From Candidatus Hydrogenedentota bacterium (GTDB taxonomy: Bacteria > Hydrogenedentota > Hydrogenedentia > Hydrogenedentales > SLHB01), in assembly GCA_045863335.1 (NCBI GenBank), contig BTVY01000034.1, positions 1 through 64,000 of the forward strand: a stretch of DNA of 64,000 nt. The letters run 5' to 3'. This document shows, piece by piece, positions 45,336 to 54,737 of this stretch. Both the position numbers and the translations under genes were made by a program. How positions within the stretch are numbered: the stretch's first letter is position 1; each line of letters starts with the position of its first letter. Below the pieces are notes generated by a model. The model was not told the origin of the DNA. It saw nothing but the letters and a program-made list of their open reading frames with translations, and did no database searches.

Positions 45336-48300
45336 ATGAATTTCATCAACACACTTCGCGAGCAGGTCATCGTCATCGACGGCGCCATGGGAACCCAGGT
45401 CCAGAATCTCGATCTCCACGACGCCGATTACGGCGGCGTCGAGTTTAAGATGCTTCCGGACATCCTGGTATTCTCCCATCCCAACGCGGTGCGCGACATT
45501 CATCTGAGCTATTACCGCGCCGGCGCACACGCGGTCGAAACGAACACTTTCGGGTCCACCCCTTTTCGCATGGCCGAGTACGACTTCAGCCGGCTGGACC
45601 TCTCGAACTTCGCCCCGATTCCCTACGACATCGATCTGCGCAAGCTCGGGTACGACGACTTCGCCTACTACACGAGCCGCCGAGCGGCAGAGATCGCCTG
45701 CGAGGCGCGTGACGTCTACGCGAAAGAGGACGGCTACGACGGGCGTCCGCTCTTCGTCCTCGGCTCCATCGGCCCGTCGAACCGCGTGTTATCCAGCACG
45801 GACGCCAACCTGGCCCTGTCGACCTTCGACGAGATGATCGACAACTTTTACCACCAGGTGCGAGGCCTTCTCGAAGGCGGCGTGGACGTACTGCTGTACG
45901 AGACGCAACAGGACATCCTGGAACTCAAGGCTGCCGTGTTCGGCGGCCACAAGGCCATGGCGGAGGCGGGCCGCAAGGTCCCCATCATGGCGCAGGTCAC
46001 CGTGGACCAGTTCTCAAAGATGCAGATTTTCAACACGGATATTCACGCCGCGCTGGTCACCATGCAGGGTATCGGCATCGACACCTTCGGTATCAATTGC
46101 AGCATCGGCCCCGATCTCATGGGGAAAACGGTCGAGAAGCTCTCGCGCTATTCGCCCCTGCCGATTTCCATTATTCCAAACGCCGGCCTGCCCACCTCGG
46201 AGAACGGCCGCACGGTCTTCAAGCTGAAACCCGAGAAGCTTGCTGAATACCTGCACACCTTCGTGACGGAATACGGTGTGAACATCGTCGGGGGCTGTTG
46301 CGGCACCACGCCGGAGCACATCGCCGCCGTCGCCGAGCGCATGCGCGGCCTCAAGCCGAAGCCGCGCAAGGCGGAGCCGGGCCTCTACATCTCCGGCCCC
46401 CAGGAGGCCGTGCTTCTCGACAGCAGCGAAACCCTCATCATGGTGGGCGAGCGCCTCAACGTGCGCGGCTCGAAAAAGGTCCGCGACGCCGTGGAGAGCG
46501 ACGGCCAGATCGATCAAGCCGCCCTCGAGGAAGTCGTCGAGGAACAGGTGCGCGGCCTGGGCGTCAAAGTCATCGACGTGTGCATGGACTCCAACGTCGT
46601 CGACACCACGGAAACCCTGAAGAAGGTCGTCCACAAACAGACCACCGATTTTTCGGGCGCCATGTGCCTCGACTCCTTCGCGGTGGACGCGTTGGAAGAA
46701 GCCATCAAGGTCTATCCCGGACGCCCCATCATCAATTCCATGTCCATGGAAGACGTGGAACCCGGTGTCACCAAAGTCGACGCGGTGTGCCGCGCCACGA
46801 AGGGCCATTGGCCCATGTATGTCGGCCTTGCCGCCGGGCCTAACGGTCCAGGCGCCACGCGTGAAGAGAAGGCCGATCTCGCGCGCCAGATCGTGGAGAA
46901 TGCCGCGAAGCATGGCGTCACACCCGGCCAGATCCTCATCGACATGAACGTGTTCCCTATCGGCTCAGAATCGGAAGAAGGCATGAACTTCGCCGTCGAA
47001 TCGTTAGAGGCCATTCCTCTAATCAAGGCGATTCATCCGGACTTGCGCACCATCTGCGGCGTGGGCAACCTGACCAACGGCCTCGCCAAGAAACCCTACA
47101 TGCGCAAGGTGCTCACGTCCGTCTGGCTCGACGAAGCACGAAAACGAGGCCTCGACGCCGCCATCATCAACCCCAACCATTACGTTTTCGTGAAAGACCT
47201 TGATCCCAAGGATTACGAACTGGGAATCAAGGTCGTCCTTGAACGCGACATGGAAGCCTTCGAACAATTGGAGGACATTTCCGACCAGAAGAAGGGACTC
47301 GAAGTCGTGCGCCGCACGAGCTACGAAGACCTGCCCATCGAGGAAGCCATCTGCGAGAAGATCAAGGACGGCTTCAAAGAGCGGGAGCACGGGGACATCG
47401 AGGTCGATGGGAACCACTACAAGTACGCCGACCGCATCGTGCTTCAGGTGGCGGAAATCATCAAAACTCACGAGCCCCTGGCCTTCATCAACACCCATCT
47501 CATGCGCGCGATGAACGAACTGGGCGATGGCTTCGCCCGCGGCGAAGTGTCCCTGCCGCACCTGCTCAAGTCGGCCGACGTAATGAAGCAAGTCATGGGC
47601 TTTCTCGAAGAGTACATGCGGATATCCGCCGGCATCGACGTGCACACGAAAATCGAATACAAAGGCACCATCGTGCTTGGCACGGTTTACCAGGACGTCC
47701 ACAGCATCGGCAAAGACCTCGCCAAGACGCTCTTCGAGAACTACGGCTACCGGGTCATCGACCTCGGCGTCATGACGCCCCTACAGAGCTACCTCGATGC
47801 CGCAAAGGAACATAAGGCCGACGCCATCGGCATGTCGGCACTGCTCGTCCAGACGTCGAACCACATGATCACCGTTTCCAAAATGATGCGCGAGCAAGGT
47901 CTGGAAAAACTCCCCGTATTGATCGGCGGCGCGCCGGTGAACGACCGCCACGCGGCCTACGTCGCCATGGCGGGTGAGACTGACGAGTCTCTCATGCGAT
48001 CGAACGTGTTTTATTGTCCCACCGCCATGGATGGCGTTAACATCATGAACACGCTCAAGTCCGGTAACGGCGTGCAGGGCTACCTTGAGATCAACCTGAA
48101 AAAACTCCACAAGAACTACGAGCGCGCCGAAAAGCGAGCCCAGGAAGAGGAAGAGCTGCTGCGCACGCTGCCGCGCCGCGCCGTCGATCTCTCCAAGCAT
48201 AGCGTGCCGGAAGATCCCTATTTCGCCTATGAAACCCAGTCCGTCGATCTGCGGGACTTTAAGGACCGAATCGATCGTAAAACGCTCTTCGCGCTGAACT

Positions 48301-48956
48301 GGAAGTTCGGCGGCACCGCCTCCCGCGAGCGTCAAGGAGAGAGCGCGGAAAAGCTGAACGCCCTCCTCGACGAATGGGTCGATCGCGCCGCGTCGGAACA
48401 ATGGGTCCGGCCCTTGGGTATTTGCGGCGTCTTCCCATGCCAGTCCGACGGCGATGAAGTCGTCGTCTACGACCCTGACGATCTCCGCACCGAAATCGGC
48501 CGCCTTGGCTTCACGCTGGTGATTGGCGGCGAACGCAAGGACACGATCTGCGCGTCCCAATACTTCTACCCCAAGGACTCCGGCAAACTGGACGCCATCG
48601 GATTGCAGATCTCCACGAGCGGTCCCCAGGTCGACGCCCAGCTCAAACGGTTTCGCGAAGCGGGCGACTCCGAGTCCTCGCTTTACTTGCAGGGATTGTC
48701 CGATCGCATCGCGGAAGACATGGCCGACTACGTCCACGGGGTGCTGCGCGAACGCCTCCGCTTTGATGAAAAACGCGGCGTCCGCTGGTCGCCCGGATAT
48801 CCGGCCATGACGGAAACCAGGTATAATCAGACGATTCTCGATTTGCTCCACGCCACGGAATTGCTCGGCGTGAAGATTACGGAAGCAGGGGAGTTCTCTC
48901 CCACGGGCACGACGGCCGCCGTCGTCTGTTTCCATCCCGACGCGCGTTACACGTAA
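45336..48956 (+). CDS. metH: Cobalamin-dependent methionine synthase
   Basis: DGAMGT, GINC, GGCCGTTP (Hcy/Zn); GERLN pterin domain; DVHSIG B12 motif; RWSPGYP activation domain. Confidence 0.95.
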   Translation: MNFINTLREQVIVIDGAMGTQVQNLDLHDADYGGVEFKMLPDILVFSHPNAVRDIHLSYYRAGAHAVETNTFGSTPFRMAEYDFSRLDLSNFAPIPYDIDLRKLGYDDFAYYTSRRAAEIACEARDVYAKEDGYDGRPLFVLGSIGPSNRVLSSTDANLALSTFDEMIDNFYHQVRGLLEGGVDVLLYETQQDILELKAAVFGGHKAMAEAGRKVPIMAQVTVDQFSKMQIFNTDIHAALVTMQGIGIDTFGINCSIGPDLMGKTVEKLSRYSPLPISIIPNAGLPTSENGRTVFKLKPEKLAEYLHTFVTEYGVNIVGGCCGTTPEHIAAVAERMRGLKPKPRKAEPGLYISGPQEAVLLDSSETLIMVGERLNVRGSKKVRDAVESDGQIDQAALEEVVEEQVRGLGVKVIDVCMDSNVVDTTETLKKVVHKQTTDFSGAMCLDSFAVDALEEAIKVYPGRPIINSMSMEDVEPGVTKVDAVCRATKGHWPMYVGLAAGPNGPGATREEKADLARQIVENAAKHGVTPGQILIDMNVFPIGSESEEGMNFAVESLEAIPLIKAIHPDLRTICGVGNLTNGLAKKPYMRKVLTSVWLDEARKRGLDAAIINPNHYVFVKDLDPKDYELGIKVVLERDMEAFEQLEDISDQKKGLEVVRRTSYEDLPIEEAICEKIKDGFKEREHGDIEVDGNHYKYADRIVLQVAEIIKTHEPLAFINTHLMRAMNELGDGFARGEVSLPHLLKSADVMKQVMGFLEEYMRISAGIDVHTKIEYKGTIVLGTVYQDVHSIGKDLAKTLFENYGYRVIDLGVMTPLQSYLDAAKEHKADAIGMSALLVQTSNHMITVSKMMREQGLEKLPVLIGGAPVNDRHAAYVAMAGETDESLMRSNVFYCPTAMDGVNIMNTLKSGNGVQGYLEINLKKLHKNYERAEKRAQEEEELLRTLPRRAVDLSKHSVPEDPYFAYETQSVDLRDFKDRIDRKTLFALNWKFGGTASRERQGESAEKLNALLDEWVDRAASEQWVRPLGICGVFPCQSDGDEVVVYDPDDLRTEIGRLGFTLVIGGERKDTICASQYFYPKDSGKLDAIGLQISTSGPQVDAQLKRFREAGDSESSLYLQGLSDRIAEDMADYVHGVLRERLRFDEKRGVRWSPGYPAMTETRYNQTILDLLHATELLGVKITEAGEFSPTGTTAAVVCFHPDARYT

Positions 48957-48997
48957 GACGAGGCGTTTCGGCCCCTGCGCAACGAGAGAGGTTTGCC

Positions 48998-49294
48998 ATG
49001 AAGAAGCGGCAACTGCCGTATCAGACGGTCATCCTTGTCTGCGGCGGCGACAAGTGCAGCGACCGGAAATCGAAGAAGCTCTTCAACCGGCTCGAAGACG
49101 AACTCGACAAGCGCAAACTCGGCGATTCCATTCACGTCGTACGCACGGAGTGCATGGGCAAATGCGACGACGGCCCCAACGTGGTGATCAGCCCCGGCGC
49201 AACATGGGTCTGCGGCGCCAAACCCAAGGATGCGAAGAAGATCTTGGACGAACTCCTCGACAGCGGCGTCGCATCCGATCCTTCGGAGTTATGA
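48998..49294 (+). CDS. Thioredoxin-like [2Fe-2S] ferredoxin
   Basis: VCGGDKC...ECMGKCDDGPNVVI.P. Confidence 0.9.
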   Translation: MKKRQLPYQTVILVCGGDKCSDRKSKKLFNRLEDELDKRKLGDSIHVVRTECMGKCDDGPNVVISPGATWVCGAKPKDAKKILDELLDSGVASDPSEL

Positions 49295-49332
49295 GAAGGC
49301 ATTGATCAAGTACGACCCCTGCCCAATGCAAC

Positions 49333-49420
49333 ATCGAAATCGGGATCGGTATCGCTATCGGGATCGAGTGCACTTCGTGCTTCCATTCCGATCCCGATCC
49401 CGATAGCGATAGCGATTTCG
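49333..49420. repeat. Hexamer inverted tandem repeat (ATCGnn / CGATnn)
   Basis: ATCGAAATCGGGATCGGTATCGCTATCGGGATCG...CCGATCCCGATCCCGATAGCGATAGCGATTTCG. Confidence 0.88.
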
Positions 49421-49499
49421 AGAATGGCGTGTTAAGAACTACGTTCCGCGCCGCCAAGACTGACGTTCCGTACTACCCATAGCAATTAAGGAGACGTGC

Positions 49500-50516
49500 G
49501 TGGCACTTCGCATGATCGAACTGGCCATCTCCAAGGACGCCGCGGGCGAACTCGATGGCGTGATTGACGAGATCGAACCCCTGGGCGTATTGCGCGGCGC
49601 CCTTGATGACGATCTCATGCTTGTGCGCGTGCTGGTCAGCAGCGAACGGTCGGAGTCCGTCATCGATGCGCTCGAATCCCGGTTCCACGAGAATGCGGCG
49701 TTTCGTCTGCTAATCTTCGAAGTGGCCGCAACGGTACCCACGCCCGACGTCGACGAGCGGGAAAACGACCGCAAGAAAAAGGACAAACGTGATTCCGGCG
49801 ACGAAGAGCCCGAGCGGGTCGCCGTGGCGGAGTTGGTCGAAGATCTGTCATCCGGGGCCAAGGTCAATCGCGCCTACATCTTGATGGTGCTCCTGTCTGC
49901 TGTCGTCGCGGCCGTCGGCCTGATGCGCGACAACGTGGCCGTGATCATCGGCGCCATGGTCATCGCGCCCCTTCTGGCACCGAACATGACGCTGGCCCTC
50001 GCCACGACCCTCGGCGACTTGAAGCTGGCCCGGAGCGCCTTATTCGTCAACATAGTCGGATTCATGCTCGCGCTTCTCGTCGCGACCCTCGCTGGCATGC
50101 TCGTCCCCTTCGACCCGACGGTTCGAGAGATTGCGACCCGCACCGATACCTCGTTCAGCGATATCGCCGTCGCACTGGCCGCGGGCGTCGCGGGCGTGCT
50201 CGCGTTTACGACAGGGGTCTCGGCAACGCTGGTTGGGGTCATGGTTGCTGTCGCACTATTGCCGCCGCTGGTCGCCGCGGGATTGCTCCTCGGCTCCGGC
50301 GACTGGTTTCTCGCCTCGAAAGCGCTCCTGCTCGTCGCCACCAACGTGATCTGCATCAACCTCGCCGCCGTGGGCGCGTTTCTGTTTCAGCACGTCCGCC
50401 CCCGCTATTGGTGGGAGGCCGAGCGGGCAAGAAAGATGGTTTTGCTGGCAAGTGTGGTGTGGGTCCTGATGCTCGCGGCGCTGGTTGGCCTGATCGTGCT
50501 CGCACAACAGGAGTGA
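49500..50516 (+). CDS. TIGR00341/DUF389 family membrane protein
   Basis: AVIIGAMVIAPL, GVMVAVALLPP, NVICINLA. Confidence 0.9.
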   Translation: MALRMIELAISKDAAGELDGVIDEIEPLGVLRGALDDDLMLVRVLVSSERSESVIDALESRFHENAAFRLLIFEVAATVPTPDVDERENDRKKKDKRDSGDEEPERVAVAELVEDLSSGAKVNRAYILMVLLSAVVAAVGLMRDNVAVIIGAMVIAPLLAPNMTLALATTLGDLKLARSALFVNIVGFMLALLVATLAGMLVPFDPTVREIATRTDTSFSDIAVALAAGVAGVLAFTTGVSATLVGVMVAVALLPPLVAAGLLLGSGDWFLASKALLLVATNVICINLAAVGAFLFQHVRPRYWWEAERARKMVLLASVVWVLMLAALVGLIVLAQQE

Positions 50517-50571
50517 ACTTTGATACCGTCAGGGAAAGAACCCGTGAGCCATATCGAAAGGACAGCACACC

Positions 50572-51735
50572 GTGATCGACCGCCGCAGCACCATTTCCGT
50601 CGCCACCGCAATTCTGTTTTGTGTCTTCTCCTACGCACAGGACAATGACACCGCTCTCGCGCCGCCTCTCGTCATCGTCAATCCCGGCCCCGAGTACGGT
50701 GGCGATACGCGCCCCTTTCAGGGCATCCCCGGGATCGAGCGAGCCGCAAACGGCCGGCTCTGGGCCACCTGGTACGGCGGCGGCCCGACGGAAGGCCCGG
50801 AGAACTATTGCATGCTGGCCACCAGCGGCGACGACGGCGAAACGTGGTCGGACGTGGTGTTGGTGGTCGATGTGCCCGGCCCGGTGCGCACCTTCGATCC
50901 CTGCCTCTGGCATGACCCGGACGGCACGCTCTGGTTCTTCTGGGCGCAGGGCTATACCCATTGGGACGGCCGCGCGGGCGTCTGGGCGATCACCACGCAG
51001 AACTCCGGCGATGCCGAACCCGCCTGGTCGGAACCCCGCCGCATCTGCGACGGCATCATGATGAACAAGCCCACGGTTCTCAGCACTGGCGATTGGCTTT
51101 TGCCCGTGTCCATCTGGGCCTCACAACCGAACGTGGCCGATCCCGCCCACGCTCATCCCATCGACTCGACCACGGGTTCGCACGTCTACGCGTCGACCGA
51201 TCGCGGCGAAACCTGGGCCCTGCGCGGCACCTCGGACGTGCCGGAGCGCAGTTGCGATGAACATATGTTGGTGGAAAAGAAAGACGGCACGCTGTGGAAA
51301 CTCGTGCGCACGCGGTACGGCGTCGGCGAAGCCATCTCGACGGACGCGGGCGCCACCTGGGACGTCAAAGGCCCGTCGGCGTCTGTGCCCCACATTCCCC
51401 ACGCGCGCTTCTTCATCCGCCGCTTGAACTCCGGCAAACTGCTCCTCGTGCGCCACAACTCGCCGGAGTTGAAGAAGCGCACGCACCTTACCGCCTACCT
51501 CTCCGAAGACGACGGGCAAACCTGGACCGGCGGACTCGTGCTCGACGCGCGCGATTGTTCCTATCCCGACGGCGTCCAGGCGCCCGGCGGCAGTATCTAC
51601 ATCATCTACGATCACGAGCGCAAAGGCGCAAAACAGATCCTGATGGCCGTGTTCACAGAGGAGGATGTTCTGGCCGGCGAACCCGTCAGCGACACCGCCC
51701 GCATGCGGATCGTGGTGAACCAGGCGTCGGGGTAA
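50572..51735 (+). CDS. Secreted BNR/Asp-box beta-propeller (sialidase-like) protein
   Basis: Signal peptide; four Asp-boxes (SGDDGETW, STDRGETW, STDAGATW, SEDDGQTW); SYPD. Confidence 0.88.
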   Translation: MIDRRSTISVATAILFCVFSYAQDNDTALAPPLVIVNPGPEYGGDTRPFQGIPGIERAANGRLWATWYGGGPTEGPENYCMLATSGDDGETWSDVVLVVDVPGPVRTFDPCLWHDPDGTLWFFWAQGYTHWDGRAGVWAITTQNSGDAEPAWSEPRRICDGIMMNKPTVLSTGDWLLPVSIWASQPNVADPAHAHPIDSTTGSHVYASTDRGETWALRGTSDVPERSCDEHMLVEKKDGTLWKLVRTRYGVGEAISTDAGATWDVKGPSASVPHIPHARFFIRRLNSGKLLLVRHNSPELKKRTHLTAYLSEDDGQTWTGGLVLDARDCSYPDGVQAPGGSIYIIYDHERKGAKQILMAVFTEEDVLAGEPVSDTARMRIVVNQASG

Positions 51736-51760
51736 GAACGCTATTCGTGCCTTCGACTCA

Positions 51761-51890
51761 AGACCTGTCAGGGGCGACAGCCGATCGCGCAGCCCCGCAG
51801 GGGCGGCGGATGGTAGCCCAGGGTGGAGCGAAGCGGAGCCCTGGGTCAGGGGGTTCCTGATTTGAATAGCCCCCGAAAGGGGGCGATAGA
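51761..51890. repeat. Composite hairpin REP-like element
   Basis: GCCCCGCAGGGGC, CCCAGGG...CCCTGGG and GCCCCCGAAAGGGGGC hairpins. Confidence 0.7.
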
Positions 51891-51930
51891 AGTGTTGTGC
51901 GAGTTCACAAAAAACCTTCAGGGGGATAGG

Positions 51931-54366
51931 ATGTTTGTTCATTCCAATCTTTTGAGTCGATTGGGCGCCGTTTGCCTGGCGTGCTGCTGCGCGCTCACTG
52001 GTTACGCGGTCGCCCAATCTGCCGAGACATGGCGCATCGTCACCGGCCCGGAACACGCCACCGAAGAAGCCACCCGCGTCGCCGTCGACGATCTTACGAC
52101 CGCCTTTGCAGATCACGGACTGATGCTTTCCACTGCCGAAACCGGCAACACCATCCTTGTCGGAAGCGCGGCGCGCGACGCGGCCCCCATCGACACTCCC
52201 GGCGATCCCGAGGGATACGCCTTCAAGACCATCGACCACGACGGTGCTCGCACCGTTCTCGTCAGCGGCGGTTCCGTTATTGGCGAAGTCTATGGCCTCT
52301 ACTGGCTAATCGACCGCCTGCGCGTGTACGGCGCCGTTCCCGAGATCAACACGGTTCGCGTTCCGGCCATGAAAATTCGCTTCGGCGCGGCGTGGGGACG
52401 TCACGGCGGTGGTGGAAATTCGAAAGACGAAATGCGCGCCGCCCTGCGCCAGACGGTCAACTGGGTTTCCGGGCCCGCGGTGCTCGATCTTGTCCCCTGG
52501 AACGCCGAATCGGAAGCCACGGCGAATGCCGCCAACCGCGAGCAGGCCCGCGATCTGATCGACTACGCCCACTCGCTCCACATGAAGTACTTCAGCTTCG
52601 CCAACGAGTTCACCTACCACCCCTCGCTCATCGACGACACCGGCGCCACGTTGTCGCCCTGCGATCCAAAATTCTGGAACGCCGTGCAGGAAAAATTCCG
52701 CATGCTATTCACTGCCCTCCCCGAACTGGACGGCATCGAACTGTGCAACGACGACATCTCCGGCTTCTGGGACGACTACCGCGCCTACGACCTCATGCAC
52801 GAAACACCTGCATGCGACTGGTCCTACGAAAAGCGCTTCCGCACTTTCGTGCAGAAAGTCCATGAGGTTGTCGCCGATGAATTCGACAAGGACTATTTCC
52901 ACTTCACATGGAGCCTCACGCCCCACGAAGTGCACACGCAACCCGCCGTGTTCCGCGAGATCTTTACGGACGCCGTGCCCACGAACAACCTCTACCTCAT
53001 CCCCAAGATCACGACGGCGGATCGCTGGTGGCACCAGCCCTACAACCCCACGTTCAACCTCACGCCTCACCAGACGCTGGTCTGTTTCGAAACCATGAAC
53101 TATTACGAAAGCGGCCGCGCGCACATCTTCCCCACCTTTTCAGCCGCGTACTTCCAGGCGGGATTGCAGACCTTCCTCATGCCGGAGAACCCGAACCTCG
53201 TCGGCGCGGCCAGCCTCGCCGGAACCAATGTCGATGGGTGGGACACGCGCAGCGCCCACACGTACATTCTCTACCGCCTCACGTGGGATCCGGATGAGTC
53301 CATCGAACAGATCGCCGAGGACTTCTGCGCCATGCATTTTGGGCGCGACGCCGCCAAGGACATGGCCCGCATCTACCTGCTCACGCCGTCCGCATACAAG
53401 TACGGCCTTCATATCGAACCCGTATCGTACGGGCAGTTCAACTCCTTCATCCACATGCGCGTCGGCACTTTTCCCGCCGAAGGCTATCCCGCCATCGACG
53501 GCGGCAAGGAGCACCTCGAATTCCTGCGCAAGATCTACCTGCGCTGCAAACCTTGGCGCGACGAAACGCTCGACGACCTGCAGCACGGCCTCGACACGGC
53601 CAATGCCATGCAATCAATCTTCGCCGATGCCAAACCAAAAATTGCCGACCCCGCACTCGCTGAGGACCTTGAGAACCGCCTCGCCATGACCCGCAATCTC
53701 ATTCGTACCAACATGGGCTACGTGGAAACCATGCTTGCCTATTTCGCGTACGAGGAGAATTCTCGTGAAGACAATCGGGTGGCCCTCGCGGCGGCGCTCG
53801 ACCAATTCCGCACCGCCCGGCAGGATTTCATCGACACGCCCGGCTTCGGCTACGAACTCTTCGGCGTCGATGCCCTGCTGCGCAATGCGGAAGCCTTGCT
53901 CCTGGATCGTGACAACGCGCTGGCGGCGCTTAACCGAAAGCCCACACGATCGCAGCTCGACGCGACCATTGCGGAACAACAGCGGCGCTATACCGAGGTG
54001 TTGGAGAAGCATGCGGACAAGGCTGTGAAATTCGCGCACGTGGAAATCATGGTCGACGGCCGGGACATCCTGAACGTCAAGGGCGACACCTACAAAATCG
54101 AACACCTGCGCTGGGACTACCCCCATGTCCGCGTCTTCGAGTTCAGTGAGCCGCTCCCCGCGGAGTCCGTCACCGTCATCCCGCGTGACATCGAGTCACG
54201 GCCCATGCACCCCTTCGTCCTCGAACAACCGGGACCGGACAACGACTACACCGCACGCATCTACCTCGACGACCTCCCCGGCGGCCAGGGCTGGATGACC
54301 TTCGACCTCTACTACATCCCCCAAGCGCCGGAGAAATTGGGCCTGCAGATCCCGTGGGGAAACTAA
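51931..54366 (+). CDS. Secreted hypothetical glycoside-hydrolase-like protein
   Basis: Signal peptide; EGYAF...VLVSGGSVIGEVYGLY resembles the GH20/GH67 N-terminal domain; FTALPELDGI barrel-like segment. Confidence 0.6.
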   Translation: MFVHSNLLSRLGAVCLACCCALTGYAVAQSAETWRIVTGPEHATEEATRVAVDDLTTAFADHGLMLSTAETGNTILVGSAARDAAPIDTPGDPEGYAFKTIDHDGARTVLVSGGSVIGEVYGLYWLIDRLRVYGAVPEINTVRVPAMKIRFGAAWGRHGGGGNSKDEMRAALRQTVNWVSGPAVLDLVPWNAESEATANAANREQARDLIDYAHSLHMKYFSFANEFTYHPSLIDDTGATLSPCDPKFWNAVQEKFRMLFTALPELDGIELCNDDISGFWDDYRAYDLMHETPACDWSYEKRFRTFVQKVHEVVADEFDKDYFHFTWSLTPHEVHTQPAVFREIFTDAVPTNNLYLIPKITTADRWWHQPYNPTFNLTPHQTLVCFETMNYYESGRAHIFPTFSAAYFQAGLQTFLMPENPNLVGAASLAGTNVDGWDTRSAHTYILYRLTWDPDESIEQIAEDFCAMHFGRDAAKDMARIYLLTPSAYKYGLHIEPVSYGQFNSFIHMRVGTFPAEGYPAIDGGKEHLEFLRKIYLRCKPWRDETLDDLQHGLDTANAMQSIFADAKPKIADPALAEDLENRLAMTRNLIRTNMGYVETMLAYFAYEENSREDNRVALAAALDQFRTARQDFIDTPGFGYELFGVDALLRNAEALLLDRDNALAALNRKPTRSQLDATIAEQQRRYTEVLEKHADKAVKFAHVEIMVDGRDILNVKGDTYKIEHLRWDYPHVRVFEFSEPLPAESVTVIPRDIESRPMHPFVLEQPGPDNDYTARIYLDDLPGGQGWMTFDLYYIPQAPEKLGLQIPWGN

Positions 54367-54487
54367 TCGCGATCACATCGATTCTGAAGCAACATATGGA
54401 GTGCGGTCCCTTGGGACTGCTTTGCTCTCAACAGTTCTGATGGGCCTAAGAAGCTGGATAGATGCAGCATCCTTTCGCGCCCTCCAT

Positions 54488-54730
54488 GGCCTGAAAGGCC
54501 TATTTACTTGCAGCCCCAGGTTGGTCCGAACGAAGAGAGGACCTACCTGGGGTACAGAGACCACAATTCCTGGTCATACCCTGAAAGGGTTTCACAAGGA
54601 ACGCTCGTCTATGGTATCCCCTTCAGGGAATTGACGTGGGCGGTGGGGCGTGCTGTCCTCGGGTAGGCCTTGCTGCGCGACGGCCAATCACGCCTGCGGC
54701 GTGACTATGAATATGAAGGCCTTTCAGGCC
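54488..54730. mobile_element. Non-coding inverted-repeat element (REPIN / IS200-like remnant)
   Basis: GGCCTGAAAGGCC...GGCCTTTCAGGCC ends with nested CCCTGAAAGGG/CCCTTCAGGG and CCCCAGG/CCTGGGG hairpins; no transposase. Confidence 0.6.
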
Positions 54731-54737
54731 ACCTCGG

